A stretch of 64,000 nt of DNA from Octopus vulgaris (GCA_951406725.2 OX597819.1:116808001-116872000); one strand, 5' to 3'. Shown: positions 14,398 through 28,393, counted from the stretch's first letter. Numbers and translations are program-made. The notes: a model not told the origin generated them from the letters alone.

Positions 14398-14799
14398 GGG
14401 TGAGAGAGCAGTGCATGTCATCAAAGTGACACTGGGGTAAAATATATAATGCCTAGTGTACCCATCATGACTAACCGTCTGATAAAGGTACACCAGGAAC
14501 ATGCATCATAACCATATGTGAGCGACATGATGATCTCATATCAAGATGAACAGCATATGACCTTGCAGGTGGGGCCCAGTTAGAATCTTTTTCTGGTCGA
14601 GTATCCGATCCCGCTCAAAAGGTCCCTGAATAAGGGTTGTTTAAGGATGTTGAGCGAAACACCCATGGCAATGATGCTCCCCCACTACTTCTGCTCGTGA
14701 ATAGAGATGCACTTATCGTCAGCCACTAAGGAACATGCTCAAGTGGTTATGGTCAAACAACTGACCAGCAAATCTGTTAAGACCAGAAGCCATGAGAGC

Positions 14800-14800
<1 letters not shown>
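14398..14800 (-). mobile_element. non-coding interspersed element embedded in (TAA)n
   Basis: A 400-bp block between two TTA tracts. 14715-14776 recurs inverted at about 30846-30908, so it is dispersed. Strand is an inference. Confidence 0.55.
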
Positions 14801-14842
<42 letters not shown>

Positions 14843-14845
14843 ATC

Positions 14846-14919
<74 letters not shown>

Positions 14920-14966
14920 GATTATTATTATCATTATTATTATGATTATTATTATCATTATTATTA

Positions 14967-15058
<92 letters not shown>

Positions 15059-15072
15059 ATTATTATTATTAT

Positions 15073-15136
<64 letters not shown>

Positions 15137-15137
15137 T

Positions 15138-15172
<35 letters not shown>
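14801..15172. repeat. (TTA)n then (TAG)n microsatellite
   Basis: Directly visible. Confidence 0.95.
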
Positions 15173-15173
<1 letters not shown>

Positions 15174-15820
15174 TTTCTTCCTCTCCTTCTTCAGGCTACG
15201 TCTCAGAGTTAATATCTTCGCCACCAAAATAATACGTGCAATTGTTATTTTTCTCAGATATCCAAATTAATCTTCGTGCATGTTTGTCTCCCTTCCAGTT
15301 ATCCATTTCCAGATATTCAACACAAAAGCATCCATAGTTATAATTGCTTGAGGTTAAATCTTTAGTTAGTTTTACAATCTATGACTGATGTTACTGTTGT
15401 AGCAACTGTTTTCATTGGCGTCCTTATAATTGTCGGGATATTGATAATATCGTTAAATGAGATATCCTGTGACAATATTGCTTCAGTCCTAATCACTGCA
15501 GTTTTGTTTCTATTCATCCAGCAGCCACAATTATCCATATGCCTTGCTTTTAAGGGGGAAGATTCTCGATGTATGGAGATTATATATATATATGTTAGTG
15601 AGACGTTCGTTCTTGTATCGTGGAAATTGGACTACTTCGGTGATAAATACTTTAAGTATGATCAAACAAATTATTGAAACTAGAATATTTGTGAATTCCT
15701 ATATAATATTCTAGTTCAGTGCATGTTTGTGTATCGTTATTTGAACGCCTGAAAGTGTGCACGTATGCAAATATTCATGCACACACACACATACACACAC
15801 ACACAATTACACACACACAC

Positions 15821-15887
<67 letters not shown>

Positions 15888-16209
15888 TAAACGGAGTGAG
15901 AAAGATATACCCATCGTGCGCGTGCACGTGTATATGTATATATAAAATGACAACAATAAAGAAAGCCACATGTAATACAGTTACTTATTCATATAATTAT
16001 TGTTTGTTAAGGATATTACAGCGCTGATGTAATGGAAAAAAAAGCTAATATTGATGTTGTTCTTTTTTTTTTTACTATACAAAACTTCATTGGTATTTAT
16101 TTTCTCTAAAATTTATGAAGCTTGAAAACATTTATGAGAAGATAATTTCTTTTATGATTACGTAAAACGTCTTACTGTTAGCTAAAAAATTACTTGGTAA
16201 ACTGAAATC

Positions 16210-16302
<93 letters not shown>

Positions 16303-18056
16303 GTACTGGGAGAGGGAGAGAGAGTGTGTTTGTGTTAGGTGTGATGTACAGAAATATATATATATGTATGAAAGTGTGTGTGTGTAAGTGTGTGTATAAA
16401 TATTTGTAGTTTAGTATATGGATTTATAGAATCATGTGGCAACCACGACAACTCCTCCAGTGGATACCGCTAGCATACTATATAGCAACCGAATACGATG
16501 GAGTATAATACAGAATTCTACCCAGTATATACGGAGACTGAAATTATTTTGCAAGGAGTATATAAACAATAATAAGTCATATAATTACAACCATTTTGCT
16601 TCAAATCTGATTTGAAGAGTTAGTGTAAACATGAGATTCTAGTGATCTGATGAGCTAGCTTTATTTGCACGGATTAGTAAATATACAATTGCATTGTGTA
16701 ATGCGAAGTATGTATATTAATGCGGACATTTAAAAATAATTTATTATACCTTGTATTATAACATGATGGATACTGCCTCACTGCCGTTACTGAAACGATG
16801 ACTAATGTTTAGATAAATATATCACCTTTCATATCTCTGAATTTTTACGGGTTATATATTACTTTTCGCTGTTCTTTGTGAGATTGCATCGACCGGGGGT
16901 GGGGGTGGGGTGATATCCTTAATTTGGCTCAGATTCAGTATGAGCGGATATTAATTTCGGTAAATGAATTATTTATATACGAGTGCGGAATTTAATTCTC
17001 ATGTTCTGAAATAAATTAGTTCAAACGAAATAAATTTCTTTTTTCCATGTTATGTGAAAATATTGCAGTTTCCAGATGGTGTGGATTGAAAACAAAGATT
17101 TTTTCTTTCTTATTTTATAATATCCAGCGTGATGCGTTAAGAATTAGGATAATAATTTACCAAAAGAAGAGAAAACAGTTCTACGATAATTATTGGATTT
17201 CTGGTCCCATAAATCCAATGCAGTTCATATTTAAAGAAAATTGAGAGAGATGCAATCATTAGAGTTTCTAGTGGGAATAACTAGGCAAAAAGCTGTGTGT
17301 ACGACCTAATGGAAAAGAAGACAATTAACCAAAAAACAAACTAGATGCCTCGATAATATAATTGGATGAAGTAAAATGCCAAGTTCCATGGAACAGAGAA
17401 AAAAACATGACAGATGTTAGAGAAGATCTGACCAGTCCATATGACTGTGTCAGATATTGCAGATTGTCAATATGCATCATCAAAACACCGAAGGATTTTG
17501 ATATAGTGATTTTGATGGTAATCTGAGCATTTAGCAACAACGTTGTGGTTAATATCGAGGTATTTGTTTCATAGAGACGATCGGCTACTGAACTGTGATG
17601 AAGTATATCAAGTAACTGAAAAGTGATCTTCAATTTTATATTACATGTTGAACGCTATGCTGTATATAATGTCGTGTGTAATGGCATCATACTCGTGTCC
17701 ATAGTTTGTTTCATGTAATCATATACGACGTTGCATACAATAAAATAATTGGTGAACAGAATTACGATACATTACTACCATTAATGTCATCGTCCTCGTC
17801 ATGATCATCATCATCGTGGTCATGATCATCATCGTTGTGGTCGTCATCATCATTAACACCACCAACACACTAGCACCAGTACCAGATGTACCATCGCCGA
17901 TACCAAACCTCTAGAAATTTCATGAAGCGAAATTAGTTTGATACTAGTTTTCAAGGTTGATGAGATGATGTGTAGCATGTTTATTTGTTTGTCTGTTAAT
18001 TGTTTCTCTATTTGATTTTTATTTCCACATACATACAGGAGATACACTAACATATA

Positions 18057-18405
<349 letters not shown>

Positions 18406-18799
18406 CAAGTGGTTGCGAAAGCAAAAGTCATTTAACTCCTTCGTTGTAAATAAAGGAAAACTCATTGAAGACACGCAAGTTGTGAGAGATATAATGTGTG
18501 AAAGATGTGTGAAATTTACATCTGTGATGTATAAGGGATAAATCTATCAAAGATAATTGTAAACTCACCGTAACACGCATTAATATATGCTAAAAGGCAA
18601 TAACAAAAGGCTATTTGAAATGGGGTCAGAGACTAAATATTTGAATGTATGGAAGATGTATTCTGCAAAACCATGAAAACTCTGGGGTGCAAAATTCCTG
18701 AGAGGTAAAACGTCATCGAGCTAAAAGTTGACATATTACAATCAGTTGACAATAAAATTCTGTTAATCTTTCTGTCATCAGAATAATTGGAACGCATCG

Positions 18800-19110
18800 T
18801 GATATGTAACTTCGATGAATATTTTAAAATCACAATGGTTGTCAGAGAAAATGAGTATTTTCCACGCAAATACAAAGATGTCTATTTGTCCTTGCTATTA
18901 ATGAGCAGCGATTATCTGACAGGAGGATAGTAACCACTGACTCCATATTGAAGGAAATTGTATACATGCTGTTCTTGAACGTTGTTGAAAACTTTTTCAT
19001 TATTTTGGTTGTATTTCTCTCCAGGGATAAGGACGATATTCGATTTTTCGAGGAACTGGAAAAAATATTATTATAAATATTACGACATAGCTTGTACACA
19101 GTATTAATGT
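18800..19110 (-). mobile_element. possible decayed PLE GIY-YIG remnant
   Basis: ESVVTILLSDNRCSLIARTNRHLCICVE loosely matches the VVY..C..YIGRTNR.L..R pattern. Confidence 0.3.
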
Positions 19111-19290
19111 GATTAATTTAAAATTTATTTAAGTATTGATACCGAGGATATATAATCTGTTAACATGTATAGTTAAATATAATTTCATTCTAATTTTTAA
19201 AAAATATATATATAATGTTGTTACAAATTTTCTATTTTCGCGTATATTCCTGTGTTTCAAACATTGTTCAAAGGTATTCGTAACAGATCG

Positions 19291-19520
19291 AGGCTAGCTG
19301 GTAGAAACGTTGGCACGCCGGGCGAAATGCTTTGCGGTATTTCGTTTGCTGTTACGTTGTGAGTTCAAATTCCGCCGAGGTCGACTTTACCTTTCATCCT
19401 TTCGGGGTCGATCAAATAAGTACCAGTTACGTACCGGGGTCGATGTAATCGACTTAATACCTACGTCTGTCCTTGTTTGTCCCCTCTATGTTTAGCCCCT
19501 TGTGGTTTATAAAGAAATAA
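19291..19520 (+). mobile_element. full-length tRNA-derived SINE with 18-bp target-site duplication
   Basis: A-box-like gctggtagaaacgttgg, B-box gagttcaaattcc, core, tail aaagaaataa. TSD GTATTCGTAACAGATCGA at 19274-19291 and 19521-19538. Confidence 0.92.
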
Positions 19521-20299
19521 GTATTCGTAACAGATCGAATGAGCGACCAAATGCTGTATTGCAAACGCGACTTCTTAAAATTAATCCGATGATATATTTT
19601 CATTTTACTTGTCTAGCAACCCCATTTATTCTCTTGATATCAATTTCATCTACTACAGAGTTTTCGAATTACTGAAATCCTCCCATAAGTATTAAACAGG
19701 CTGTTGACAATTCACAATGGATTACATTTCTAAACTCCATTTAATTTACTGACAAATACGTTTTCCCAAATCGAATATTATCTCCATTACTAGAATACAA
19801 CATATGTAATTTCTTTATTTCTACTTCATGCTACGTTCTCACCGAAACATTTGTCACTTTCGCATAGAATTAGAGTTTATCTGTGAAATCAAGAGAACAT
19901 GAATGAAGCAAATGTAATTCAAAGGTTATGATAAAATATTTCCATTAACTATTTTGCTACAAAACTATTCAAGAATTTATATTTATTGAACAGAATAACG
20001 AATATTTTCAACTTAATAATTTTTATTAGCGCAAACAAATTAGAATCAGATCTATCTAGGCTCTCTGTGAATTACTGCTATTGTAATCAAATATGATATA
20101 TGTAGAGTCGTTAACAACTCATATCTTAATAACTGTTAAACTTTCTATGGTTTCTATAGGAAACACCAGAATATTTCAGTTCGACTACGCATGCGCATAC
20201 TTATACATAGAAACATTGATGCCTAGTCTAGCTTCCCTCCAAGAGGGTATTCTGAATGAGCATCGCTAACAAATGGACTCCAATTTTTTTTCTTTAATG

Positions 20300-20395
20300 C
20301 CTGGTACTTATTTTATTGTCTCTCTTGCCGAGCCGCTATGTTACAGAGACATAACCAAAGTTGTTAAGTGGTACTGAGGAACAAACACAGGCATA

Positions 20396-20449
<54 letters not shown>

Positions 20450-20612
20450 CGACAGGCTTCTTTCAGCTTCCCTCTACCAAATCCACTCACAAGTATTTGG
20501 TCGGCCCGATGCTATAGTAGAATACACTTGCTAAAGTTGTCATGTAATGGGATTGAACCAGAAATCATGTGGTTGGGAAGCAAGATTCTTACCACACAGT
20601 GACGTCTGCCCC
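20300..20612 (-). mobile_element. tRNA-derived SINE, CORE-like family (diverged)
   Basis: Collinear with 51810-52343, including the internal (CA)n(TA)n and the tRNA-like head at the right end. Confidence 0.85.
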
Positions 20613-21364
20613 GATATATAAAATTTGACTAGATAAGCGATGTGAAGTGAGAGAAAATAGTTTTATTCTGTTATCTAAAAGCTGTTTCGTAACCAGTGTT
20701 ATTTACGTACATGCAGCTAGATAATCCGTCAAAAATGTATAAAGGAAGTTGCGGTTAAATATTATACACATCTGACTTATACTAAAATCTATGATGACAA
20801 TAATTTTGTATTTCTTCTTACTCATCATATAAACACAACTAATGGTCTTGTGTTAAGAAACCCAATAGAATGTGCAACTGCACATAACGAAAGTGTGGGA
20901 AGTGCTGTTGCTTCTAAATTCGCGATCAGATTACATTATAATGTTAATTTATTTAAACGCAAATGACATGATAATATGACGTCAATGGTTTAGTTCGTGT
21001 GGGAGGTCACAGGGAGAAATGCCGTCAAATCCACTTTGTAGCCTATTATTTGTACTATCCTTCATTACAGACGGGACTGCGGTTACTGAAATATGTGCTC
21101 AGAAGAGGTGTTTGAAAACCACAATTATAGGACAAATTTAAATACTAACCATACACTATCAATTCACTGTTCTCATTTCTTTAATAATATTTTTACAAAT
21201 GTCAATATAATCGTTCTTATTTTAACTCATGTCCATTGTACGGAAATCTGTCGTTGCACATCTGCGGCCCTTTTCGCAGAGAGTACTGTATTGATCAACT
21301 GAATTTCTTTAATAGAGATACACATTTATGTGTGTGTGTGTGTGTGTGTGTGTTTGTGTATGTA

Positions 21365-22638
21365 TAAAAGTTGGACAAAAAGTTAAAAAATTCAATCAAA
21401 TTTATTTTAATATTGGGTAGGACCGCCTTTGCCAGTAATTACCGCTTGAATTCTGTGAGGGATGAACTCGTACAATGTTTGAATTGTTTACAAAAGAATT
21501 TCTGTCCATTCTTCAGCTAAAACAGTCTCTAGATCTTGTAGTGATGATAGTGGGGGATATCGACTCCTTACATGTTTTTTCTAAAGTGCATAAACGTTCG
21601 ATAATATTGATATCTGGAGACTGCTGTGGCCAAATAAGATGTTCAACTCCACTAGAATGTCTCTCGTGCCATTCAGTAACAAATTTAGCTTTGTGAATTG
21701 GAGTGTAATATTCCTACAAGATTGCGTTTCGCTCCGAAAATACTTCCCCAAGTATAGGATGAATTTGTTCAGATAAAATGCTTAACTAGTATTCACTATT
21801 AATTCTGCCATGAAGAGAAGCCATTAAGCCGGCTGATTTCCAAGATATATTGCCCCCCCCCCCCACCAGATCATCACAGATCATCATCCATGTTCAACAG
21901 TTGGAAGAAGATAGTCTGGGCTAAATGCTCTTTTGACTGTCTCCGCATGTATACTAGGCCGGTGGTCGGAAATAAAGTAAAGGATAACTCGTCCGAGAAA
22001 ATAACATTCTTCCATTGCTCTAGGGAGCAATTTTGTAGGTTTTACTCCACTCTAAACGCTTTGCAACGCTTGTTTTTGAAAGTGATGGTTTTCTGATTTT
22101 ATCCTCCGCGTGAAATTCGGCTTCGTGCTGCTCCCGGCGAACAATTTTCGTGGAAACTGGGTTCTTAAGATGGTCATTAAGCTCTGCAGTAATTTTGGGA
22201 GCTGTATGTTTATGATCCTTTCTAACAATTCGCGTAAGAGTCCGATAACGCCTGAAAGTTTCGGTTTTCTTCCAGAGTTTTGTTTCGATGAGGAGGTATT
22301 TCCCTATTTTCTCAAAGGCTGTCATTACTTTCGATAGGAGGTATTTCCCTATTTCTCAAAGGCTGTCATTACTTTCTAGTACTTCTTGATAACCAAACAT
22401 TTCTGCTGTTTTTGTTACGTTAGCGCTTGCCATACGAGCATCAACAATTTGACCTCTTTGAGAGCCCGAAAGGTCTGTCATATTAATGAATTCTAATTAC
22501 CTTTCAGTGCTGTTATCTGAAAACTATTAAGCAACACTGATAATAAATCAAAATCATAAAGTTAAACAAGATTTTGACGGTTTTATAGATTCTTCAAAAT
22601 TATGATACTATGGTTTCTATTATTTTTCCCAACCTCTG
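21365..22638 (-). mobile_element. Tc1-family transposon (decayed, both TIRs present)
   Basis: TIR-like ends ..aaagttggacaaaa and ttttcccaacctctg flanked by TA. Encodes RTLTRIVRKDHKHTAPKITAELNDHL and VIFSDELSFTLFPTTGLVY. Same family as 35547-36575. Confidence 0.85.
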
Positions 22639-23413
22639 TATATCTACATATAGTCACGTTTAACTATATACTTACAAGAAAGAACGTAAGAAATCTTCAC
22701 ATTTGCACACGCTTCGAATATCTTTGAAAGAAATGTCGTATCAAATAGTATCATACTGATGTTCGTATCACAAAAATTGTACACATTCTCAAAAATACTA
22801 ATTACAGAAATATATGAATATAAAACCTCTTGCGAATATAATCACGATAAGAAAAATTTAAATATAAAATACTTGCAAAATTAATATATATCTGTAATTG
22901 AATTATTGGTTGGGGGATGTTAAAAACGTACAATAATTTATTTAACTTTACCGTTATTATAATTAGGAAAATTTGATTACTAATAAATGGAAACTTATCA
23001 TAAAAATTTTAACATATAGTTAATAGAATTATGAAATATATATGATTACTGCTGTCCTTTGATAGTATGAACACAAATGGCGTTCGCAATATGTCGAATT
23101 ATGAGGAAGTAATTACCAGATCGTAAAGAATATACTCTAGTGAAGAATATACTCTAGTATTCTGGCTTGAAACATATAATAAAGAAAGTGATGTATGCCT
23201 GTGATCTGATACACTACTGCACGAAATAAAGGTACTAGATGTTTACATTATGACACAGAATCTCCGGACGCATGACAAAATGCATATATGCTACATACGT
23301 ACGTACGTATATTAATCTCTCTTTGTCTTTCACTGTGTCTATCTATATATGTATATAGATAAATTTATATATGCATATATGGGTGTATACACAGAAACTC
23401 ACGCACACAAGTA

Positions 23414-24640
23414 TCTACTCCCCGTTGTCCGCTAACCCCACACGTAGCTACCAACAGACGGTATCCTCTACTGTCCACGACCTCATCTCGTCCTCCCGTC
23501 TCCCCCACACCGCATCCAACCTAATTGTGCGAACCCCACGCACCCCCACCATTTACTTCCTCCCCAAAATCCCCAAACTCAACAACCCTGGCCGCCCCAT
23601 CGTCTCCGCCTGTAACTGCCCCACGGAGCTCATCTCTAAATACCTCGACCGTGTCCTTGCCCCCCTAGTGGCGTCTCTTCCCCCCCACATCCACGATACC
23701 AACCATACTCTCCGGCTTTTCAACTCTTTCTCCTTTCCTCCCGGCTCCTCCAAAATCCTTTTTACTATGGACATCCAGAGCCTCTATAGCGTCATCCCTC
23801 ACAACGAAGGACTGCGGGCACTTCAACACTTTCTCGACCTCCGCCCCAACCCTGAACCTGAAACCTCCACACTCATTCGTCTGACCGAACTTGTCCTTAC
23901 TCTCAACTGCTTCTCGTTCGCGGGCGAGTTCTACCAACAGTACTCGGGAGTGGCCATGGGAACGCGAATGGGCCTCAAATATGCGAACCTGTTCGTTGGC
24001 TATGTTGAGGCCCAAATATTCTCTAATTTCACTGGTCCTACTCCTGAACTATACGGTCGTTACATTGATGACATTACCGGTGCCACCTCACTCTCCCGTG
24101 AACATCTAGATTCCTTCCTCTCATTCGTTCAATCCTTCCATCCAGCCCTCCACTTCACCTCCACTATCTCCAACACCTCTGTCTCCTTCATCGACATTTC
24201 GGTCAGCATTCATCACTCCACTCTTACCACCTCCATTCACTACAAACACACAGACTCACACTCATACCTAAACTTCTCTTCCTCCCACCCAAAACACACC
24301 ATGCTTTCCATCCCCTATTCCCAATTCCTCCGTCTACGTAGGCTCTGTAGTGACGACCATGACTTTGAGACTCAGTCTCAACGCATGGGTCACCACTTCA
24401 TCCTACGTGGATACCCCCTCACTACTATCCACACCGCCCTTGCCAGAGCACGTTCCGTAGACCGTGCATCTGCTCTCTCCCCCCCGAACCCGCCCTGTAG
24501 TCTCCCGCCTCCTTTTCCCCTCACTTATCACCCCACGACCCTACCTCTCCAACGCACCATTCTTCGAGCTTTCCGGCATCTCCAGTCCGACCCGTCCACT
24601 TCACACCTCTTCCCTAACCGACCCCTTCAAACTAGCCCAT
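23414..24640 (+). mobile_element. Penelope-like reverse transcriptase fragment (open frame, truncated at both ends)
   Basis: YFLPKI..PGRPIVS, FTMDIQSLYSVIPH, GVAMGTRMG..YANLF, RYIDD, FIDISV, YKHTDSHSYL..SSHP, IPYSQFLRLRRLCS. No GIY-YIG present. Strongly C-rich sense strand. Confidence 0.93.
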
Positions 24641-24984
24641 AACCTCCAGTAGGAGTTGAATGAATTGGGCTACGAAACACTGCCTTATCCGCCACACTCA
24701 CCAGACCTCTCGCTTACCAAATACCTCTTTTTCAAGCATCTCGACTACTTCCTGCGTGAAAAATACTTGAAAAACCAAGACGATGCCAAACACGCCTTTA
24801 ACGACTTCATCGCCACCGGAAGGCAGTATTTTTACGTTACTGGCGTAAATAAACTTGCTTCTCGTTGGCAAAATGGGCTGATTCTGATGGGGTTTATTTC
24901 GATTAATGAAGTTTTGTTTAAGTCGAGATATGTGCATCTGAATTTAAGGGTTAAAAGCCGCAAGAACTTTCTTGGCAACCTAAT
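24641..24984 (+). mobile_element. mariner 3' fragment with right TIR
   Basis: LGYETLPYPPHSPDLSLTKYLFFKHL (YSPDLAP motif region) ...NKLASRWQ; ends in ttcttggcaacctaa followed by TA. Confidence 0.85.
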
Positions 24985-25339
24985 AAAATAGATTATGTTC
25001 CACCAACATATATTCAAATTTTAGCAGATGGAAACGCTAAGATTGATCCTGATATAAATGATACATACATACATGATGGCTGCCCCCTCGTTATCGATTA
25101 TGGCCATTGCACGAAGCCTAACGGTTATTGATGCTGTGATCGAATGTGACTTTTATTTGCTTTTTAAGGCTACAGCCAACCATTCAGTTGAGACTCACAG
25201 CACCGTCAACAGTCATGAACAATGTTGTTATCGTGCAATGCCTGTGCAAGAATAGTTTTTTAAAGTGAGTCAATCCTACTCACTAAGCAACATCAACCAT
25301 ATTCCGAAAAGAAGAACAATTCAACATCATCGGTAACCA

Positions 25340-25710
25340 CTGAGCCGCAGGTTTCATGTCGGAGTTATCCCAGTTACCCGAGTTACCTTCTTCTAGAAGG
25401 ATGTCCTAAGAAATGCTAGGAGTCCTTCACTCCCAATGGTTTAACCGCGCGATCGGGTATTCAGTCCGATTATTTCTATGTCCCCGAGAATGATACAGCC
25501 TTAAGCCTTAAGAAATAAATAAATTACAGATTTATTGCATGGCCGTTGACTCTCAAGAGTTCCTCCGCCCTTTGACGGGTTTTGTTTTTCATTCCGCAGG
25601 GTGTCCAATAAACACCTTCCTCACCAAGCAAGCTGGTGGGGTTGCCGGTTTAGTCGCCGACGTCCCGACCATGCAACAGGTTGTACTGGGTTACATGTTA
25701 CCAGTAGCAC
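25340..25710 (-). mobile_element. probable RTE-type 5'UTR-derived non-autonomous repeat
   Basis: GC-richer non-coding block. Minus strand has ...catccttctagaagaaggtaactc, resembling RTE 5' leaders as I recall them. Confidence 0.35.
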
Positions 25711-26092
25711 TTACATACACACATACATATGTTCATGCATACATACGTATATACTAACATGCATACATACATGCATACATATATACATGCATATACACAT
25801 ACATAAATGCATACATAGATAAACATTTATATATTGATATATGCACATTCATATGTGTATGTTTGTATGAATTTATTGTTGAGTGTCGGAAGAAAAATCA
25901 CGGGGTATCATACTACACATTAACGAAATTTCTATTTTGTTCGAATGAATTTCTTTCCGTTAAAATGTTGCCTGTAGATGTTGAGGCTTCTGTCTGGAGA
26001 CCTTGAACACTTAGAGTCAAAATTCAGAGGAGCCAGTATGTATGTATGCGCGCACACACACGCACACACATACACATACACACAAACACACA

Positions 26093-26160
<68 letters not shown>

Positions 26161-27071
26161 CACTGAAATCGTCATCCTACCGTTCTTATTTGAATATTGT
26201 TTACTATTTTAACACCTATTTATTCTTGTCTAATGAAGAAAAAATCCGACCAGAATGTGACTTGATTTTAGAATAAATGGACAAAAAAAAGTTTTGCCAT
26301 TATTGTATGTTTAAAACATCTCTTATGGTTTATTTATTTATTTTAGATATTTTCTTGATGGTGTCTGAATTGAAACTAAATCCAATAAGTCTCACTTCAC
26401 TCATGAATTTAGTTATATATTCAAGTATGTTGGGAATTTAAAACGACTATTTTGAATTTCGCTTATCAGAAACTTTATTTGATTTCTTATACTCTCCCCA
26501 GAAATTACTTAAGACTGCAGAACTGTATCATTGTTAGCGTTGTGACGCTAAACAGTTAGTGTCTGCTGTGAGATCTCAAGACAAGATTAGTCAATAAACA
26601 TTTTGTGCTGTTTTCTTTTTTCTGGCAGACAAGACAGCGCATATCTGTAAGTTTAATCTAAATTAAGAATTTAACAAAAGGACTACCGCAAACATTATAC
26701 AGCTCACCTGTGGAAAGGAAAAATGATAAATTTTCACGCAGACGAGACGAAATGATGGCGTCAGAGCAGTGAACGAAAAGTTTGTGTAAAGAAAATTAAT
26801 TTCGAAAATTATACAGTCAGAAGATTGTCTACGTTTTATATTCTAATTCCTCAATCTCTCTTCAATTTCTAAATTGTGTTCTTTTAATTAATATTTTATT
26901 CTCATTTATGTATATTTAATCTGATAACATTTTGGGATACTGATTATTTCTATCCAACGAGATATGTGTGCATTATATACTGATACGAAAATAAGAAAGC
27001 AAATATGTCGTATATAAATAAGATATTGATATAAGTTTATATGATATAAGTTTTGTTGTAAACATAATATA

Positions 27072-27305
27072 CATATTTCTATATTGCCCACAAGAGGCTA
27101 AACATAGAGGGGACAAACAAAGACAGACAAAGGCATTAAGTCGATTATATCGACCCCAAAGAGGAACTGGTACTTAATTTATCGACCCAGAATATATGAA
27201 AGGCAAAGTCAACCACGGCTGAATTTGAACTCAGAACGTAACGGCATACGAAATACGGCTACGCATTACGCCCGGCGTGCTAACGATTCTGCCAGCTCGC
27301 CGCCT
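27072..27305 (-). mobile_element. full-length tRNA-derived SINE (family of 19291)
   Basis: Reverse complement of head, core and tail. Imperfect TSD ttgtaaacataatata / ttgtaaatataatata. Confidence 0.9.
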
Positions 27306-28135
27306 TTTTTGTAAATATAATATATAACATGTGACACTACACAAACGAATAGACTTAATAGAATGAAGGTGAAACAAAGACAAATCGCATCTACAAAGAC
27401 TACGAAAGAATTATATAGGCTTTACAAGTTAATTTTAAAATGTTTATTGCAAACATCATTAACAAGCTAACGAGCAATAATTATATGATGGTCGAAATAA
27501 AATATACCGTAACGAATCAGTTTTATGTACAATTTACTTTATTTTAGCTGGACATGAAAACAAAACATTTATGTAAATACATATATGTGTGCGTGTGTGC
27601 GCGTGCATGTATATATATGTATGTATATATATGTACATAAATATGTGTGTATGTATGCATGTATGTCCCATTAATTATATATAATGGGACAACGACGCAA
27701 TAGAGGACAATAAAACATTCGGAAAGATAGACGATAGAAAGGTGGACAAGAGATATGTATGTATTCGTATGTATATATATATGTAGTTATGTTTCTCTCT
27801 GAGTATATTCTACTGACGAAGCAAAGTATTTCTAAATGCAAAGTCAGAAATCCGGGACCTAGAATTATCCAGTAATTTTTTACTACTTTCATCTTGTGTT
27901 TTTGCCTTTTCTCCATGTTGCTATATGAAAAATTTAAGGTGGTTTTAGAGTCGGTTCATGGCTGCTATTTTTGGCAAGGTGGTATCTCGTAGATACTCTA
28001 ATTAATAATTTCAATATATATATATATATATATACCGGAGTAAACACATAAATGTGAAACAAGGTGGCTAACAGAGTACTCAAATAACAGTGGTAGAGTA
28101 ATATGCTCTATCTAAAGCAGCAGAAAATTCAACAA

Positions 28136-28179
28136 AACCTGTTACTCTGAGTTTCACGTTCCCGTTCGTCGGACAGTTT
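28136..28179 (-). ncRNA. minimal type I hammerhead ribozyme motif (mirror copy)
   Basis: Exact reverse complement of 28187-28230. Confidence 0.7.
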
Positions 28180-28186
28180 CTAGCAA

Positions 28187-28230
28187 AAACTGTCCGACGA
28201 ACGGGAACGTGAAACTCAGAGTAACAGGTT
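28187..28230 (+). ncRNA. minimal type I hammerhead ribozyme motif (U4C core variant)
   Basis: ctgt-CCGACGA-acg(ggaa)cgt-GAAA-ctc(a)gag-TA-acag: stems I, II and III all pair. Predicted cleavage after GUA (28223). Confidence 0.7.
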
Positions 28231-28260
28231 TTGTTGAATTTTATGCTGCTTTAAATAAAG

Positions 28261-28310
<50 letters not shown>

Positions 28311-28360
28311 TGCGTGCGTGTTTGTACATACATAAAGATGGGTGTAACGCTTGTGAGAGA

Positions 28361-28393
<33 letters not shown>

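Larger units (their letters stand above)
28034..28260. mobile_element. non-autonomous PLE-like terminal-repeat fragment with 67-bp inverted repeat, in (TA)n
   Basis: Arms 28113-28179 and 28187-28253 are reverse complements with 1 mismatch and a 7-nt spacer. Flanked by TA repeats. Confidence 0.75.

Noticed and set aside
15381-15677. 98-aa hydrophobic ORF resembling a membrane protein
   Set aside because: No recognisable family or splice context; hydrophobicity is expected from T-rich DNA.
16895-16912. G-run as a G-quadruplex
   Set aside because: Only three G tracts and no supporting context.
25540-25710. HDV-like ribozyme in the putative RTE leader (also looked for at the R4 5' end near 44700-44886)
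   Set aside because: I could not build a consistent P1/P2/P3/P1.1/P4 fold by eye; a descriptor search is needed.
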